Below, one piece after another: positions 10,684-27,300 of a stretch of DNA of 64,000 nt (position 1 is its first letter; every line of letters starts with the position of its first letter). Origin of the DNA: a virus (Duplodnaviria > Caudoviricetes). Below the pieces are notes generated by a model that searched no databases, had not been told where the DNA came from, and worked only from the letters and a program-made list of their open reading frames with translations. The position numbers were made by a program, and so were the translations under genes. Location of the stretch: the IMG/VR virus record IMGVR_UViG_3300037067_012588, one strand, 5' to 3'.

Positions 10684-11994
10684 TTAGCCCTCGCTCGATG
10701 AAGATTCATAATAAGATGATGATGAAGAATATTCATATAGGCTTTCAGATGACGAGCTTGAAGAATAACTCGACGAACTGAACGAACTTGAAGACGAAGA
10801 CGATGCATTCGAAGTAGGAAGAGTTGTCATCAGAACCAAAAACCTCACCCTATCTGCCGTCACATTACGAATCTCAAATGTTGTAATCGGATTCAAAGTA
10901 AGGTCTGAAGAAATTTTCGGCGACCAAAGCTGATATGAACGCTCGGCAACAGCCGAGACAACCACGTCTTCTCCGTTCTTTCCAACAGGCGCTGTAACCG
11001 TTCTGATAGTCGTATATGGGCAAGCATATGATGGATAGGCAACATCACCTGGAGCATCCATTGGAGTGAACCCAGCAAGAACAGGAACAAGATTCTGAAC
11101 ACTATGGGTAATTGTGATGTTTTTGGAATCGTTATCCCATACCCCAGACCATCCGTCTGGCATCTCAAACACTTCCAACCCAGCCAACCGATATACATCT
11201 AGCGAGAATCGAACCAAACGGAAATCTGTTGCCCAACTCCCGATATCGGAACCTATCGCCGTATAAACAGAACCAACTCCAGGCCAGCCGCCTCCGTGCG
11301 GTGTATTATCGGGTGCAATTTGTGACATCCGAGAGGTTGTTACACCTCCAGAAACCTCCGACTGCATCAATCCGATATAAACCCAGCAATCCAAGAATCC
11401 AGGATTGAAAGAAGAGTCACCTACAGGATTCGCCACACTTGCTGGCGGATTCTCCTGATAGATAATCCCTCCGTATTCATACAAAATCCAACTGTTCGCA
11501 GCCAACGGCTCGATAACTCGCATTTGTTGGTCATAGAGAGTTACACCAAACGTTGAACCACCAAGTGCTGCTGGAACAATCTGAATACCACCCTGAGTAT
11601 CGACCAACTTTGTTCCAGGAGCCCAACCCCATGCAGGAGGTGCGGGTGGCGTCGCTATTGGACGAAAGTTCGACCCAGTACCAGTTCTTACAGCAGTGAA
11701 ATAATCTGACGGCAACTCAGCAGAAAATCCATGAACACCAGCATTTGTTCCGCCCGTTGTCTCGGTTCCAGGAATAGGACGTAGAAGCAATCTTACACGT
11801 TCAACAATACCATTCGTCAATGTATAAGGAGCCTCACCAACAGAAACTGTTGGAATTGTTTGTCCAAACAAAGAACTCGCCTTAACAGAAAATCCTGTCC
11901 CAAAATCCTCATTGGCAACAAGAGCTTTGTTCGGAGAAGTATGTGCTACCCCGAACATTTTCTTAAAGGCTATCAGTGCGTTGTCCATAGACAT
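10684..11994 (-). CDS. Hypothetical structural protein with C-terminal poly-Ser tail
   Basis: 436 aa. Contains a PDGW...ITITH segment like the C-terminal modules of 22450..25752 and 25831..27255; ends in a Ser tract. Confidence 0.7.
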   Translation of the reverse strand: MSMDNALIAFKKMFGVAHTSPNKALVANEDFGTGFSVKASSLFGQTIPTVSVGEAPYTLTNGIVERVRLLLRPIPGTETTGGTNAGVHGFSAELPSDYFTAVRTGTGSNFRPIATPPAPPAWGWAPGTKLVDTQGGIQIVPAALGGSTFGVTLYDQQMRVIEPLAANSWILYEYGGIIYQENPPASVANPVGDSSFNPGFLDCWVYIGLMQSEVSGGVTTSRMSQIAPDNTPHGGGWPGVGSVYTAIGSDIGSWATDFRLVRFSLDVYRLAGLEVFEMPDGWSGVWDNDSKNITITHSVQNLVPVLAGFTPMDAPGDVAYPSYACPYTTIRTVTAPVGKNGEDVVVSAVAERSYQLWSPKISSDLTLNPITTFEIRNVTADRVRFLVLMTTLPTSNASSSSSSSFSSSSYSSSSSSESLYEYSSSSSYYESSSSEG

Positions 11995-12010
11995 AAGAAC
12001 CCCCCACGAC

Positions 12011-14836
12011 CTACTGAAGTCCCCACTGGAACCGAAGCGATGAAATAAAACCTGTCCATTTTACATGAGCCGTCAAACGAACAACCATTGACTCACCACT
12101 TGCACAGAAAATTGTTCCGAGTGTGCCTTGGTTTTTTGTCCCGCCAGAACCAATAGATGAATTCAACGACCCAACCAAACATCCACCAGAACTTGTCGGC
12201 AAAAATGGAAGCCATGTCGTTCCAGAATGGGCACTTGAACCAATCTGCTCTGGCATCTTTACCTCAACGAACAAATTATTATTTGACCCACCGTTTGCAT
12301 CAAGCGAAGAAGCATCTGTAACCCAAGTGGCATCACCAGCCAATGTCATTGTGAAGTTTGACCAACTCCCTTGAGCATCATTGTATATCTTCCTGAAATA
12401 AAACAATGAAGTATCAGGGAGCGCCGAATAGTTCGCATTCCCAACAGGAGTCACAGAAACCAAACTGAAGTCCCCGCCATATGGCATAGCATGAATTCCT
12501 GTAACACTTGGAGCAACAAGACACTCATCATATTGAATCAAACACCTTGTATCCAAAGCATCTGCCATTCTGTGAATCATCGAATCAAATGATCCAAACC
12601 CAAGATCGTTGATTGAAGGCTGATCGGGGAAATCATCAAACCCAACACGATAATATTCACTTCTGAAATCTTCCTGAAGATATGTTGAAGCCGATGTCAA
12701 GTTGAATAACAAAATGTTGTCGGTTGAATCCTCTGAAAGACTTGTTGCAGCCAACAAAGGATGCAAGCACCGAGGACGAACCGTTATTCTGTTGTTCAAA
12801 AGCTTTGAAACGTTCACAGTAACAAGCTGAGAAATCGAAACTGTATCGGACTCATCAGTCACAATATCGGGAAGCCCTAATGAAAAATTTGTTCCATTCG
12901 TGTTTGACGAATGAACAGCACCAGAGTTTGACGAGAATGTGTTTCGATACGCATTCGTAATCGTTGCGTTGAACGTCGATTGCCCACCTTGGAAATATTC
13001 AACACCAGTCAAATACTTAGACCCAAGACCAGAAATTGTCTTCCCTTCTGGGGTCAATGTGAAATCGTGCGATGATAGTCCAATGTCGGTAGCATCAGTA
13101 TCAACTACCCATTCTACAAAATTTGTCGTTGATTCTGTCAGTCCGATACGATGAACAATCTTAATCCAATTCCACCCACTACGCATTCCAGAAATACCAA
13201 TCGTTGCTATTCCTGTTCTATATTTAAATATTACAATAGGGTCTCCGTTCGGAAATTTGCATTCAATAGCATCCGAAACACTTATAGAATCCCCATTTCC
13301 ATTCGAAACACTTATTGATCCCTCTGTTGACGAAAGGTCTAACTCTAAAACCTCGGTCACATCATCGTTAACAAAAAGAAGCAAAGAACCTTCTGTAGCC
13401 TTCCCAAATGAATATGCTGGAAAGCTCCCATTAGAATCTGCAGCAACTGTCCCAGCGAGCCTCAACGATATTGGAGTTCCTGCATTGAATATTCCAATAC
13501 GGCGATTGTTTGCCGTGACTGTTCGAGCATACAACTCATTTCTATCGACAGCAGACAAATCACCAAGAGCGTCAACATTCGTATATCCAGATATGCCTCC
13601 ACTCACACCAAACGATAATTTTCCATCGACTCCATTGTAATCAGAATGAATTGTTGTATCTGTCATAGACGTCAGTTGAGGCGCTTCTTTTGGAGCAATC
13701 GATTTCAAGACCTGATTAAATCTGTCAACAACAACTCCAATTCTTGTGTCCTGTTCGAAGTCTTCAAAAAGACCATCATTATAAACAGTACCTGACTCAG
13801 GCGCACCAATTCCACCACCCAAAGCACCCCAATATGAAACACTCGGAGGTTCTGTTGCGAGAGATGACGCAACAGACACATAAGCCACGCCATTATGATT
13901 TACAACATCTCCAATAGCATAAGATGTACCAACATCCCAATCGCCACGAAAATTCCAGCCTCCAGAACTCCCGCCGCTTGTTCCAGCCCCACTTGTCAGA
14001 ATTCCAGAAGTCTCATCAAGTTTGATAAACACAGGCACAGCCCGTGTTGGCTTCAACATCGTCAAACCACCAGATACAGAATCAGACAGATAAACATATC
14101 CGCCCACTGTACCAGTCGGCATTGATATATTTGAAACCTTCACTCCGACAGGACGATAGGTAAATCTATCCCAACCAGAAGGTGTTGACTCTGGACTTCC
14201 ACGAAGAATCGAGGTAACGACTCCAATAACAACAGAAGAAGTCTCTGAGTTGGCCTGTGCCTTATGATATCCTGTCCCATCAAGATAAATCGCATCACCA
14301 ACAGAAAACCCATGTCCTACCTGATCTATCTCAATCTCATTGTTTCTCTTCGAATAAAGGAAACGAGAAAATATCTCTCCAATAAATCCTTCACGAATCG
14401 TTGATGGAAGTGACGGAATAGGAAAAAGAACGGGAAGACCATCTTGAACCTCAAACAACAAACCAGCTCCATCAGAAACTTGGCCAATACCCTGACCAGT
14501 TTGGTCATCTGCCTGAAATGTGTTTTCCCTGTCAATGTCTTCGAGAACACAAGTAAAAGATGACATATCCACGACATTCAAAGATACTATCTTCAAGAAA
14601 CGTCCAAACGCCATCGTCGTCAGAACATCTCCGACATTAACATCATAAGCGTTATATGAATATGGCTCTCTTGTCTGATGACTGCTGTGAGTCTGAGGTG
14701 AAGCGGTTACATTTGCATCCCAACGAACAGGAAATCCAATCCATGGGTCTCCTGTCCCATCGTCGTAATTCCAAGAAGTGTTTGTACCTGTGATTGTCAG
14801 GTTTATCTGTAAAATCTTTGCTGGACGAAATGACAT
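12011..14836 (-). CDS. Fibre-like protein, paralogue 1 (shared N-terminal module; CBM-like WxxGTSYAIGDVV repeat)
   Basis: N-terminus [10 protein letters not shown]...[15 protein letters not shown] is shared with 17691..22424 and 22450..25752; WNFRGDWDVGTSYAIGDVVNHNGVAYVS resembles carbohydrate-binding repeats in phage fibres. Confidence 0.75.
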   Translation of the reverse strand: MSFRPAKILQINLTITGTNTSWNYDDGTGDPWIGFPVRWDANVTASPQTHSSHQTREPYSYNAYDVNVGDVLTTMAFGRFLKIVSLNVVDMSSFTCVLEDIDRENTFQADDQTGQGIGQVSDGAGLLFEVQDGLPVLFPIPSLPSTIREGFIGEIFSRFLYSKRNNEIEIDQVGHGFSVGDAIYLDGTGYHKAQANSETSSVVIGVVTSILRGSPESTPSGWDRFTYRPVGVKVSNISMPTGTVGGYVYLSDSVSGGLTMLKPTRAVPVFIKLDETSGILTSGAGTSGGSSGGWNFRGDWDVGTSYAIGDVVNHNGVAYVSVASSLATEPPSVSYWGALGGGIGAPESGTVYNDGLFEDFEQDTRIGVVVDRFNQVLKSIAPKEAPQLTSMTDTTIHSDYNGVDGKLSFGVSGGISGYTNVDALGDLSAVDRNELYARTVTANNRRIGIFNAGTPISLRLAGTVAADSNGSFPAYSFGKATEGSLLLFVNDDVTEVLELDLSSTEGSISVSNGNGDSISVSDAIECKFPNGDPIVIFKYRTGIATIGISGMRSGWNWIKIVHRIGLTESTTNFVEWVVDTDATDIGLSSHDFTLTPEGKTISGLGSKYLTGVEYFQGGQSTFNATITNAYRNTFSSNSGAVHSSNTNGTNFSLGLPDIVTDESDTVSISQLVTVNVSKLLNNRITVRPRCLHPLLAATSLSEDSTDNILLFNLTSASTYLQEDFRSEYYRVGFDDFPDQPSINDLGFGSFDSMIHRMADALDTRCLIQYDECLVAPSVTGIHAMPYGGDFSLVSVTPVGNANYSALPDTSLFYFRKIYNDAQGSWSNFTMTLAGDATWVTDASSLDANGGSNNNLFVEVKMPEQIGSSAHSGTTWLPFLPTSSGGCLVGSLNSSIGSGGTKNQGTLGTIFCASGESMVVRLTAHVKWTGFISSLRFQWGLQ

Positions 14837-14914
14837 TGGAGATTCTCCGTTTCAACGACCATCAGAACCGACAGAGTCCACCAACGGCTCCCTATCATCC
14901 TGCGACAATCAGCT

Positions 14915-17068
14915 TTATATTGAATATGACCAATCAGATGTATTGATGTAATTCTTGGAAAGCCAATCCAGTTCAGTTCTTGCGTTGTTCTCGGCATACC
15001 ACCCATCACCCCAAAGCGAAGCAATTCTTTGGAAATATGCCTCATACATGTCTGTAACACGCTCGACACTATAATTCTCAGCCGACCACTTGCGACAATT
15101 TTCTGGTTTCAACTTGTCTGCATTTTTTGCCGCCCAAACAAATTCCTCAATCGTTCTGCATCGATAACCTGTTACTCCATGGAGAACAGTTTCCGTATTC
15201 CCCGTCAAAACAATGTTCCCACCCAAGCGAGCCGTCCAAGTATGGAGTTCCGTAGAAGGACACCAAACATCTTCAGTGCGGACTTCTCCTTTTTTCAAAC
15301 GAGCAGGGGTAATAAAAGGATTGCAAAGGCTTACCACACAGTTTTTTGTTCCCTTGTAAACCCCATGAACATTTTTTGTTGGTCGGAACCCACATAAGTA
15401 AGCACACAACTCAATCGCATCACAAATCGGACCAGCATTTTGCGAAATTTGAACCGTTGATCCTTTTGACGCCTTCCACCCTTCTGCGTTAATACAAGCC
15501 TGAAGAAAAGACAACCGAGCCTCCGAAGACAACCCCAAGACAAAGCCAAACAACCCACGAACATGAACCTCTGCTTTTGCAAACAATTCTCGAACAAAGC
15601 CCGGATCAATCTGAAACACTTTTTTCGGAAGACAGCTAGACGGAGCTTTCCCTTTCCTCTCAGAATGAGGGACGCCAGTCAAAACACTCCTGATTTCTTC
15701 AATCCCATCTTTCTTTGATTGATAAATTTTCGCCTTACCAATCATTTCCGGGGAATCGACACCGTCAACAAAGTTGCGATGTTTTCCGTTAACCATCACA
15801 GTTTCAATTCCACCATCAGTCATCAGCCAACCGATCAAAGCAGCTTCTTTTGCCGAAACACCCAAGTCCCCACCTTGAGCGACAACAGAAGTCGTCATAC
15901 TGTCACCAGAATTCAAACAGTTTTCAATTGCATCCAGCCTCCCAACGAACCGTGGGTTCTTGGGATTGTGTATCTTGTGCCTCATCACCCATCGATGACC
16001 ATCTGTCACACGAAACTTCCAATTCCTGTTCTTAAATTCTTGAGTCTTCTTGGACTTGAAGACATGAACGGCTGTAATCTTCGTCCATTTGTTCGTTCCA
16101 GACTCCTTATCGTACCCCAAAGTTTCATCTTCTCCGACCTTCACTTGGCTGTAATCAAGCCAACCTCGCTTTGTTAGAATCTGAGTTTCAGTAGGAACAC
16201 AGAAAGCTCCCCAATCAGATGTCAAAACAGGAGTTCCACAAAGCTGAGCCTCAACAGCAACACCACCAAACGGTTCAATGTAATACGTCGGAGCAAAACA
16301 AAACTGCGCCCCACCCATCAATCGTGCTCGTTCTTCTGGTCCAACACAACCGACGTGTTCAACATGAGAAGATGTAATGTTCAATTTCTCGTTCGGATTC
16401 ACCAAAGAACCCTGACCAGCGACAATCAGCTTCAAACCAAGACGCTTTGTCACCTCAACGGCAACATCCAAACCTTTCCGCTGAACAAGACGCCCAACAA
16501 ACAAGGCGTAATCGCCCTTCTTCTTTTGAAATGGGAAAGATTCAAGATCAAAATAATTCGGAATTACCGAGTCATACCAAATGCCGTTCGTAATACTTCT
16601 CTTTCCATAAACCCAATGCATCCAAGCATAGGATTCAAAAACCTTGAAGGAAGAAAATACTCCCTCGTATCCAATGCCTGACTCGACAGCCAACAATCCT
16701 GTTCCTTGAGCAATAGGTTGATGCCAACAACCCATAGGACAAAGGAGAATATCGTTCTTCTCTTTCCGCTCATTGATAGCATTGATGGCATTCTTGTTGA
16801 ACGCTGTGTAAGCAGCATCACCACCATCGAGTTTAAAGAACTCCTTCTTCATATCGTATTCGCCATAACAGGCAACACGATCTTTTTCATCAAGCACTAC
16901 AATTGACTCATCACAGTCAACCTCAGACCCTTCAACCCCATAAAAGAAAACCTTGTGTCCTTTTGAACGCAACATCTTTCCAAGTCGAACAATCTTGTTC
17001 GTATAAGCACATTGAGAAAACTTCTTATGTGTCGCAAGATGAGCCAATCCAAGTAAATGAAAACGCAT
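14915..17068 (-). CDS. GT4 (GT-B fold) glycosyltransferase interrupted by an intein
   Basis: GT4 motifs LFVGRLVQRKG and EPFGGVAVEAQLCGTPVLTSDWGAF|TETVLHGVTGY; an insertion splits the last motif. Confidence 0.9.
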   Translation of the reverse strand: MRFHLLGLAHLATHKKFSQCAYTNKIVRLGKMLRSKGHKVFFYGVEGSEVDCDESIVVLDEKDRVACYGEYDMKKEFFKLDGGDAAYTAFNKNAINAINERKEKNDILLCPMGCWHQPIAQGTGLLAVESGIGYEGVFSSFKVFESYAWMHWVYGKRSITNGIWYDSVIPNYFDLESFPFQKKKGDYALFVGRLVQRKGLDVAVEVTKRLGLKLIVAGQGSLVNPNEKLNITSSHVEHVGCVGPEERARLMGGAQFCFAPTYYIEPFGGVAVEAQLCGTPVLTSDWGAFCVPTETQILTKRGWLDYSQVKVGEDETLGYDKESGTNKWTKITAVHVFKSKKTQEFKNRNWKFRVTDGHRWVMRHKIHNPKNPRFVGRLDAIENCLNSGDSMTTSVVAQGGDLGVSAKEAALIGWLMTDGGIETVMVNGKHRNFVDGVDSPEMIGKAKIYQSKKDGIEEIRSVLTGVPHSERKGKAPSSCLPKKVFQIDPGFVRELFAKAEVHVRGLFGFVLGLSSEARLSFLQACINAEGWKASKGSTVQISQNAGPICDAIELCAYLCGFRPTKNVHGVYKGTKNCVVSLCNPFITPARLKKGEVRTEDVWCPSTELHTWTARLGGNIVLTGNTETVLHGVTGYRCRTIEEFVWAAKNADKLKPENCRKWSAENYSVERVTDMYEAYFQRIASLWGDGWYAENNARTELDWLSKNYINTSDWSYSI
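15197..16201 (-). mobile_element. Intein (335 aa) with LAGLIDADG-type homing endonuclease
   Basis: Starts CVPTETQILTKRGW; block B VTDGHRW; LAGLIDADG-like LIGWLMTDG and FLQACINAEG; ends DVWCP...VLTGN followed by Thr(+1). Confidence 0.9.
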
Positions 17069-17115
17069 GTTACTCCTCCATCATAGTGTCCAAAAAGGAA
17101 AACCAATTATACATC

Positions 17116-17688
17116 TCAAGTGCGGGTATCGGTAAATTCTGCAAACCAAGTTCTCTTCTCCTCATCAGTCATGGTTGTTGAATCATACACATCCATGATG
17201 CTTGCTCGAAGAGCAACCCCAGAATCAAGACGACCCTTAACCGTTACCGCATACGCAACAATGAATCCATTAAACGCAGACTCATCCGTAAGAACATATC
17301 CAAGCTCCGATGCCGTCGAAACCGTTTGTGGAAATGTCAGCATCCCAGACACCTTCAACAACTGCATTCTTGTCCAATTTCCCTGCGCTGCATCCGAAAG
17401 ACTGAACAACGTTGAATTGTATGTAAAGCCAAGATAAATCAACGTCCTCGTCTTCATATCGACATTGAATATCAAACGGTTTTTTATCGACACAAGATCT
17501 TCAACAAAAGGTGTCGGAGGAACAGGTGGAACATATGGAATCTCTATTGGAGAATTCCCCAAAGAAATCCACTCAAGATACAAATCCTGATTTTGATCAA
17601 CAACTTGTTCTCTTCCATCTGGATACACATAGACAATTTCAAAGTTTCCCTCTGCGTCTGTGTAAACCTTGTTATAGCTTCCATCCAT
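17116..17688 (-). CDS. Tail-fibre assembly-like protein (DUF4376-like)
   Basis: 190 aa directly downstream of a fibre gene; GFTYNSTLFSLSDAAQGNW resembles DUF4376 proteins. Confidence 0.55.
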   Translation of the reverse strand: MDGSYNKVYTDAEGNFEIVYVYPDGREQVVDQNQDLYLEWISLGNSPIEIPYVPPVPPTPFVEDLVSIKNRLIFNVDMKTRTLIYLGFTYNSTLFSLSDAAQGNWTRMQLLKVSGMLTFPQTVSTASELGYVLTDESAFNGFIVAYAVTVKGRLDSGVALRASIMDVYDSTTMTDEEKRTWFAEFTDTRT

Positions 17689-17690
17689 GA

Positions 17691-22424
<4,734 letters not shown>

Positions 22425-22449
22425 AACTATTTTCTCCTCTCGGAATTAT

Positions 22450-25400
22450 TTAAAACAGAAGAGTGACTCGACAATTCAAACCTGATCCTGTTCCCGTGAT
22501 AGATGGAGCCAAATCAAGAATCATTTCTGGACCAGGAACACCTCCAGCCGTTGTTGCCGATGACATGACAACTGTTGACGGATAACGATAACGCCATGTT
22601 GTCGCCGTTGCCTGACCACAGAAGATAACTCCACGACATGGCTTACCCATCGTATGGGTAATTGTGATGGCTGTCGTGCTTGGTGTACCAGCCACATACG
22701 TCCAATCCGCAGGGAAATCTACAGGAGGTGTTGCTCCAGGATTTGTTCCTGAGAATGCAACGGTGAACGTCACATCCTTCAAGTTCGTATCACCAATAAG
22801 AACAACACCAGTTGTTGAACTCGTTGCCACCAAAATCTGTTTGGCAAAGTTCTGTGGCTCAGTCGCAACAAGAGCACCAGCCGATGTATCAGACAACCAA
22901 TACAAACCTCCAGCCGTCAATCCTGTCAAACCTGAAATCTTTCCACGATAAACAATCGTGAAATCATCACCTGCAACATTCGAAACAATACCAACAGCCC
23001 TTGAACCAATCAAAGCCGTCGGTCCACCAGAACTTGCAGCGGCTGCAAGAGCCTTCACCCATGCTGTTCCGTCATAACGAATAACATCCCCAACAACTAA
23101 TCCATGACCAGATTGAGTTATTGTCTCTGCAATCGTCTCACCACTTCCACTACCCCCAGAAGGACCTGTTGCACCCATTGGACCAGTAGCGCCCGTCTCG
23201 CCTGCTCCTGTAGCTCCTGTCTCACCAGCAGTACCTTCTGGCCCAGTAGCACCAGTAGCCCCATCTTCACCAGCAGGACCAGTCAAGCCCTGAATGCCTT
23301 GAATGCCTTGTGGGCCAGTCAAACCCTGTTCACCCTGCGGACCAGTCGCACCAGTAGCACCATCTGTACCATCTGCGCCATTTGCACCAACAGGCCCAGT
23401 AGCCCCTGTCTCGCCTGCTCCAGTTGCACCAATAGGACCAGTCAAGCCCTGAATACCCTGTGGCCCAGTGGCCCCAGTCTCGCCTGCCCCTGTAGCCCCA
23501 ATAGGACCAGTGGCCCCTGTTGCACCAATTGCACCATCTGTCCCTGCAGGCCCAGTAGCACCTGTTTCACCTGCACCAGCAGGACCAGTTGCTCCTGTCG
23601 CACCATCAACACCCGCAACTCCATCTGCACCAGTAGCACCATCTGCACCCGCAGGCCCAGTCGGACCAGTTGCACCAACAGAAGGACGAGCCGCCAAAGC
23701 TTCGATTGCCGTTTGGACTGTCTTCGGAGTTCCTGCCAGCAAAGCGATGGTGTTATCAAACCCAACACCCTTCGCAATGGTCAGATAATTAGGAACCATG
23801 TTCCCAACAACCGTTCTTCCTGCATAAAGAAGCTGTGACATTGTTTCAGCATCAGCATAAACGTTTGTATTTCCAGAACCTGTTCCAATATTGATAATCG
23901 CTGATGTTGGAATCGCACAGTTCGTCAAACCAGAATAACTTGACCCATCAACCGATACGGCTGAGAATGTAATAGAACCAGTTGCTGTTCCACCAGCGGT
24001 CCTATCAAATCCACCCTGAATACGACTTGAATCAATTTCAAAAATAGTCGCAGTCGGTCCAATGATTGACTTCATTTGACAACTGTGAGCCTTAATACCA
24101 AAAGTGTCTCCAGACAAACCACCCATATATCCATTCTCAATCGCAGAAGCATTTGCTTCAATAACAAGAGCACTTGTCGTTCCAGAAGCTTGCGGCAAAT
24201 CCTTCGTCTTTGTCATACCATTGCGAATGTTTGCATGGTCGATTGTGATATAACTGTTTCCAACACGAACCTGCCACTGCTCTGTTGGAGCTGAGTTGAA
24301 ATGTTGATTTACAGCACCCATGATGATAATACTATCTGCTGAAAACGCTGCTTCAACACCAGAACCTTCACCAATAATATCGAGAGTTGGAGAAGCATGA
24401 TTTGCTCCATCCGACCACGGACGTGCTAGAAATGCGTGCATCGGATAACTTGGATGAACTTTGAAATCATCACCGTAAGGCAAATCAGCCGTATCAAAAA
24501 TCCAGCGAACATTACCCATAATCCGAACACCCGTTCCAAGAAGAGCAACACGGGCTCGACGAATGTTAATCAAAACATCATTCGGTTCAGTTTCTGTTCC
24601 TTCTTCCGTATATACACCAGGAGCAAGATCGAGAACAATCTTCTCAGCACTCCATGTGTAAATACCTTCTTCTGTCGAAGGAGCAACAGGAATAGAAAGC
24701 ATAGCAGCGTTGATGTTCTTGAATGGCTTCGACAATGTTCCATCAGCCGTCGCATCATCACCAATTGTCGAATTGACATGAATCGTACTATCCGAAACAA
24801 CCGAACGATTCTTCAAAGACTCAAGAGCATCCTGAACATTGTTCGGACTTCCTGGCAACTGAGCTATCGTGTTGTCGAAGAAAGAATCCTTCGCAGTCAA
24901 CGGACCCTTGGGTTTTCCTCCAACCCAAAGTCCACTCATATCACCCAACTTGATGAACAACGGCGCACTAACACCGTTAATCGGATCATCTGTACTCATT
25001 TCTCCAGCAACGGTTGACGACAGATAAACATATGATCCAACATCACCAACAGGCATCGGAATAGAAAGAATTGGGGCAATCGGACGCATTCTGAATCGGT
25101 CTGGACCAGGAACTGTCGTTTCTGTCACGATGCCAACAACCCTACCATTCCCAATCGTATCAGCCTGAGCCTTTACATAGCCAGAAGACGTAATACCAAT
25201 TGCATCTCCAACAGAAAAACCATGTGCTACTTGGTCAACATAAACTTCATTGATTGCTTCTGATTTGAAAAACCGACAAACAACCTCACTGACAAATGTC
25301 AGAGCCATCGAAGCAGGAAGAGAAGGCAATGGGAAGATAACAGGAAGTCCATCTTTCATCTCAAAAAGGATGCCTGATCCTTCAGTAATAAATCCACTTC

Positions 25401-25752
25401 CCTGTCCAACTTGATCGTCAGCTTGGAAGGTATTCTCTCGATTGTAATCTTCAAGATCGAGTGTGAATGGTGAATATGGATCGGAAATCTCCCCTATCGC
25501 TGCAACCTTAAGAAACCTACCAAAGGCCATTGTTGTCAGAATATCACCAACCTTGATGTCGAGAGCGTTATAAACATACGGTTCTCTCGTCAAGTGACTA
25601 CTATGAAGCTGCGCCGAAACAGACGCAGTAACACGCCACTTGACAGGAAATCCAATCCATGGATCTCCTGTACCGTCATCGTTCGTCCAAGTCTCCACAA
25701 TCTCTGCGTTGGAAATTGTCAATTGAAGAATTTTTGCTGGAATATACGACAT
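22450..25752 (-). CDS. Collagen-like fibre protein, paralogue 3
   Basis: 1100 aa: shared N-terminal module, GATGP-rich collagen segment, a second internal copy of the HGxxVGD..KA..A..GIV..YxLS..G module, and a C-terminal module shared with 25831..27255. Confidence 0.85.
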   Translation of the reverse strand: MSYIPAKILQLTISNAEIVETWTNDDGTGDPWIGFPVKWRVTASVSAQLHSSHLTREPYVYNALDIKVGDILTTMAFGRFLKVAAIGEISDPYSPFTLDLEDYNRENTFQADDQVGQGSGFITEGSGILFEMKDGLPVIFPLPSLPASMALTFVSEVVCRFFKSEAINEVYVDQVAHGFSVGDAIGITSSGYVKAQADTIGNGRVVGIVTETTVPGPDRFRMRPIAPILSIPMPVGDVGSYVYLSSTVAGEMSTDDPINGVSAPLFIKLGDMSGLWVGGKPKGPLTAKDSFFDNTIAQLPGSPNNVQDALESLKNRSVVSDSTIHVNSTIGDDATADGTLSKPFKNINAAMLSIPVAPSTEEGIYTWSAEKIVLDLAPGVYTEEGTETEPNDVLINIRRARVALLGTGVRIMGNVRWIFDTADLPYGDDFKVHPSYPMHAFLARPWSDGANHASPTLDIIGEGSGVEAAFSADSIIIMGAVNQHFNSAPTEQWQVRVGNSYITIDHANIRNGMTKTKDLPQASGTTSALVIEANASAIENGYMGGLSGDTFGIKAHSCQMKSIIGPTATIFEIDSSRIQGGFDRTAGGTATGSITFSAVSVDGSSYSGLTNCAIPTSAIINIGTGSGNTNVYADAETMSQLLYAGRTVVGNMVPNYLTIAKGVGFDNTIALLAGTPKTVQTAIEALAARPSVGATGPTGPAGADGATGADGVAGVDGATGATGPAGAGETGATGPAGTDGAIGATGATGPIGATGAGETGATGPQGIQGLTGPIGATGAGETGATGPVGANGADGTDGATGATGPQGEQGLTGPQGIQGIQGLTGPAGEDGATGATGPEGTAGETGATGAGETGATGPMGATGPSGGSGSGETIAETITQSGHGLVVGDVIRYDGTAWVKALAAAASSGGPTALIGSRAVGIVSNVAGDDFTIVYRGKISGLTGLTAGGLYWLSDTSAGALVATEPQNFAKQILVATSSTTGVVLIGDTNLKDVTFTVAFSGTNPGATPPVDFPADWTYVAGTPSTTAITITHTMGKPCRGVIFCGQATATTWRYRYPSTVVMSSATTAGGVPGPEMILDLAPSITGTGSGLNCRVTLLF

Positions 25753-25788
25753 GGCAAGCTCCTTTCAGAAGCATAGAATTCAAAGGAA

Positions 25789-25816
25789 CTCGGAGGGTCA
25801 GTTTTGACCCTCCGAG
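25789..25816 (-). terminator. Putative intrinsic terminator or intergenic hairpin
   Basis: Perfect 12-bp stem CTCGGAGGGTCA-GTTT-TGACCCTCCGAG, followed on the minus strand by TTCCTTT. Confidence 0.6.
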
Positions 25817-25830
25817 CAGAGCCATAACAC

Positions 25831-27255
25831 TTAGAACTGAACCAAGACCTTACAGATATTTCCCGAACCTGTTCCCGTGACCGAAGGAGCAACATCAACA
25901 GTGAATGATGTCGTGCTGATAACACCAGCAGAATCAGGAACGAAAGAAATTGCAACCGTTGTAGGAACACGAACATACCAACGGCCATTGGTAACACTCT
26001 GACCAAGGAAACTCACAAACTTCGGATGAGTTCCCATCGTGTGAGTGAATGTAACAGAAGTCGAACTCGGCGTACCAACCGAATATCCCCAACCAGCAGG
26101 AAGATCAACAGGAGGTGTTGCGCCAGGAACAGCACCAGCAAACTGCACAGAAATTTCCGTAACACCACTTCCACCGCCACCAGAAGGACCTGTTGCACCC
26201 ATTGGCCCAGTTGCACCCGTTTCACCAGCACCTGTGGCCCCAACAGGCCCAGTCGCACCAGAAGATCCAGCCGTACCAGCAGGACCAGTTGCACCATCTG
26301 CCCCAACAGGACCAGTTGCACCAGTAACTCCTGCTCCTGTGGCTCCAACAGGCCCAGTAGCACCTGTAGCACCATCTGCGCCATTTGCGCCAACAGGCCC
26401 AGTGGCCCCTGTTTCACCTGCCCCAGTTGCACCAATAGGACCAGTCAATCCCTGAATGCCCTGTGGCCCAGTAGCACCCGTTTCACCCGCACCTGTAGCC
26501 CCAATCGGTCCAGTCAAACCTTGAATACCCTGTGGCCCAGTTGCTCCTGTTTCACCCGCACCAGCAGGACCAGTAATACCTTGTTCACCCTGAATACCCT
26601 GCGGCCCAGTGGCTCCTGTTTCACCAGCACCTGTAGCCCCAATAGGCCCAGTCGCTCCCATCGCCCCATCTGCACCATTTGCACCTACAGGACCAGTTGC
26701 GCCAGTTTCACCTGCCCCTGTAGCCCCAATAGGCCCAGTGGCCCCTGTCGCACCAATAGCGCCATCTGCGCCCGCAGGCCCAGTAGCACCTGTAACACCT
26801 GCACCAGCAGGACCAGTTTCACCAATAGGGCCAGTAAAACCTTGAGCTCCATTTGTTCCAGACGGCCCAGTAAAACCTTGAATACCCTGAATACCGACAG
26901 GTCCCGTAACACCTGTTGCGCCATTTGTTCCAGCAGGCCCAGTCATACCCTGCGGACCAGTCGGCCCTGTCGCACCATCTCCACCTTCGCCACCCGTTCC
27001 TGTGTCACCAACTTCATTCTCGGAAATTGTTCCTACGAGCGTGCAAAGCTGCTTCCACGAACCCGCACGGAAGTCACCAAGAACTGAACGACCATTCACT
27101 ACGAGACGCTGAGAATTCTCAGACTCGTAAATGAAATGTCCAGCCTGAACACGAGCGATTTTTTCAAAATCAGCCTCTGGCTTCAGATAATTGATGATGT
27201 CCGACATCATAAACGCTTTGTTCGCTTGCCATTTCAACATGAGATATTCCTCCAT
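25831..27255 (-). CDS. Collagen-like protein (GAT/GET-rich)
   Basis: 474 aa with about 270 aa of Gly-X-Y; C-terminal [13 protein letters not shown]...THTMG is paralogous to 22450..25752. Confidence 0.85.
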   Translation of the reverse strand: MEEYLMLKWQANKAFMMSDIINYLKPEADFEKIARVQAGHFIYESENSQRLVVNGRSVLGDFRAGSWKQLCTLVGTISENEVGDTGTGGEGGDGATGPTGPQGMTGPAGTNGATGVTGPVGIQGIQGFTGPSGTNGAQGFTGPIGETGPAGAGVTGATGPAGADGAIGATGATGPIGATGAGETGATGPVGANGADGAMGATGPIGATGAGETGATGPQGIQGEQGITGPAGAGETGATGPQGIQGLTGPIGATGAGETGATGPQGIQGLTGPIGATGAGETGATGPVGANGADGATGATGPVGATGAGVTGATGPVGADGATGPAGTAGSSGATGPVGATGAGETGATGPMGATGPSGGGGSGVTEISVQFAGAVPGATPPVDLPAGWGYSVGTPSSTSVTFTHTMGTHPKFVSFLGQSVTNGRWYVRVPTTVAISFVPDSAGVISTTSFTVDVAPSVTGTGSGNICKVLVQF

Positions 27256-27300
27256 CCATTTCCAGAGGGCACTTTAACCCACCATCGCACCATTGCGATC

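Noticed and set aside
14902-16432. 14-bp exact repeat GCGACAATCAGCTT at 14902 and 16419
   Set aside because: Several such matches are expected by chance in 64 kb, and it does not bound the intein.
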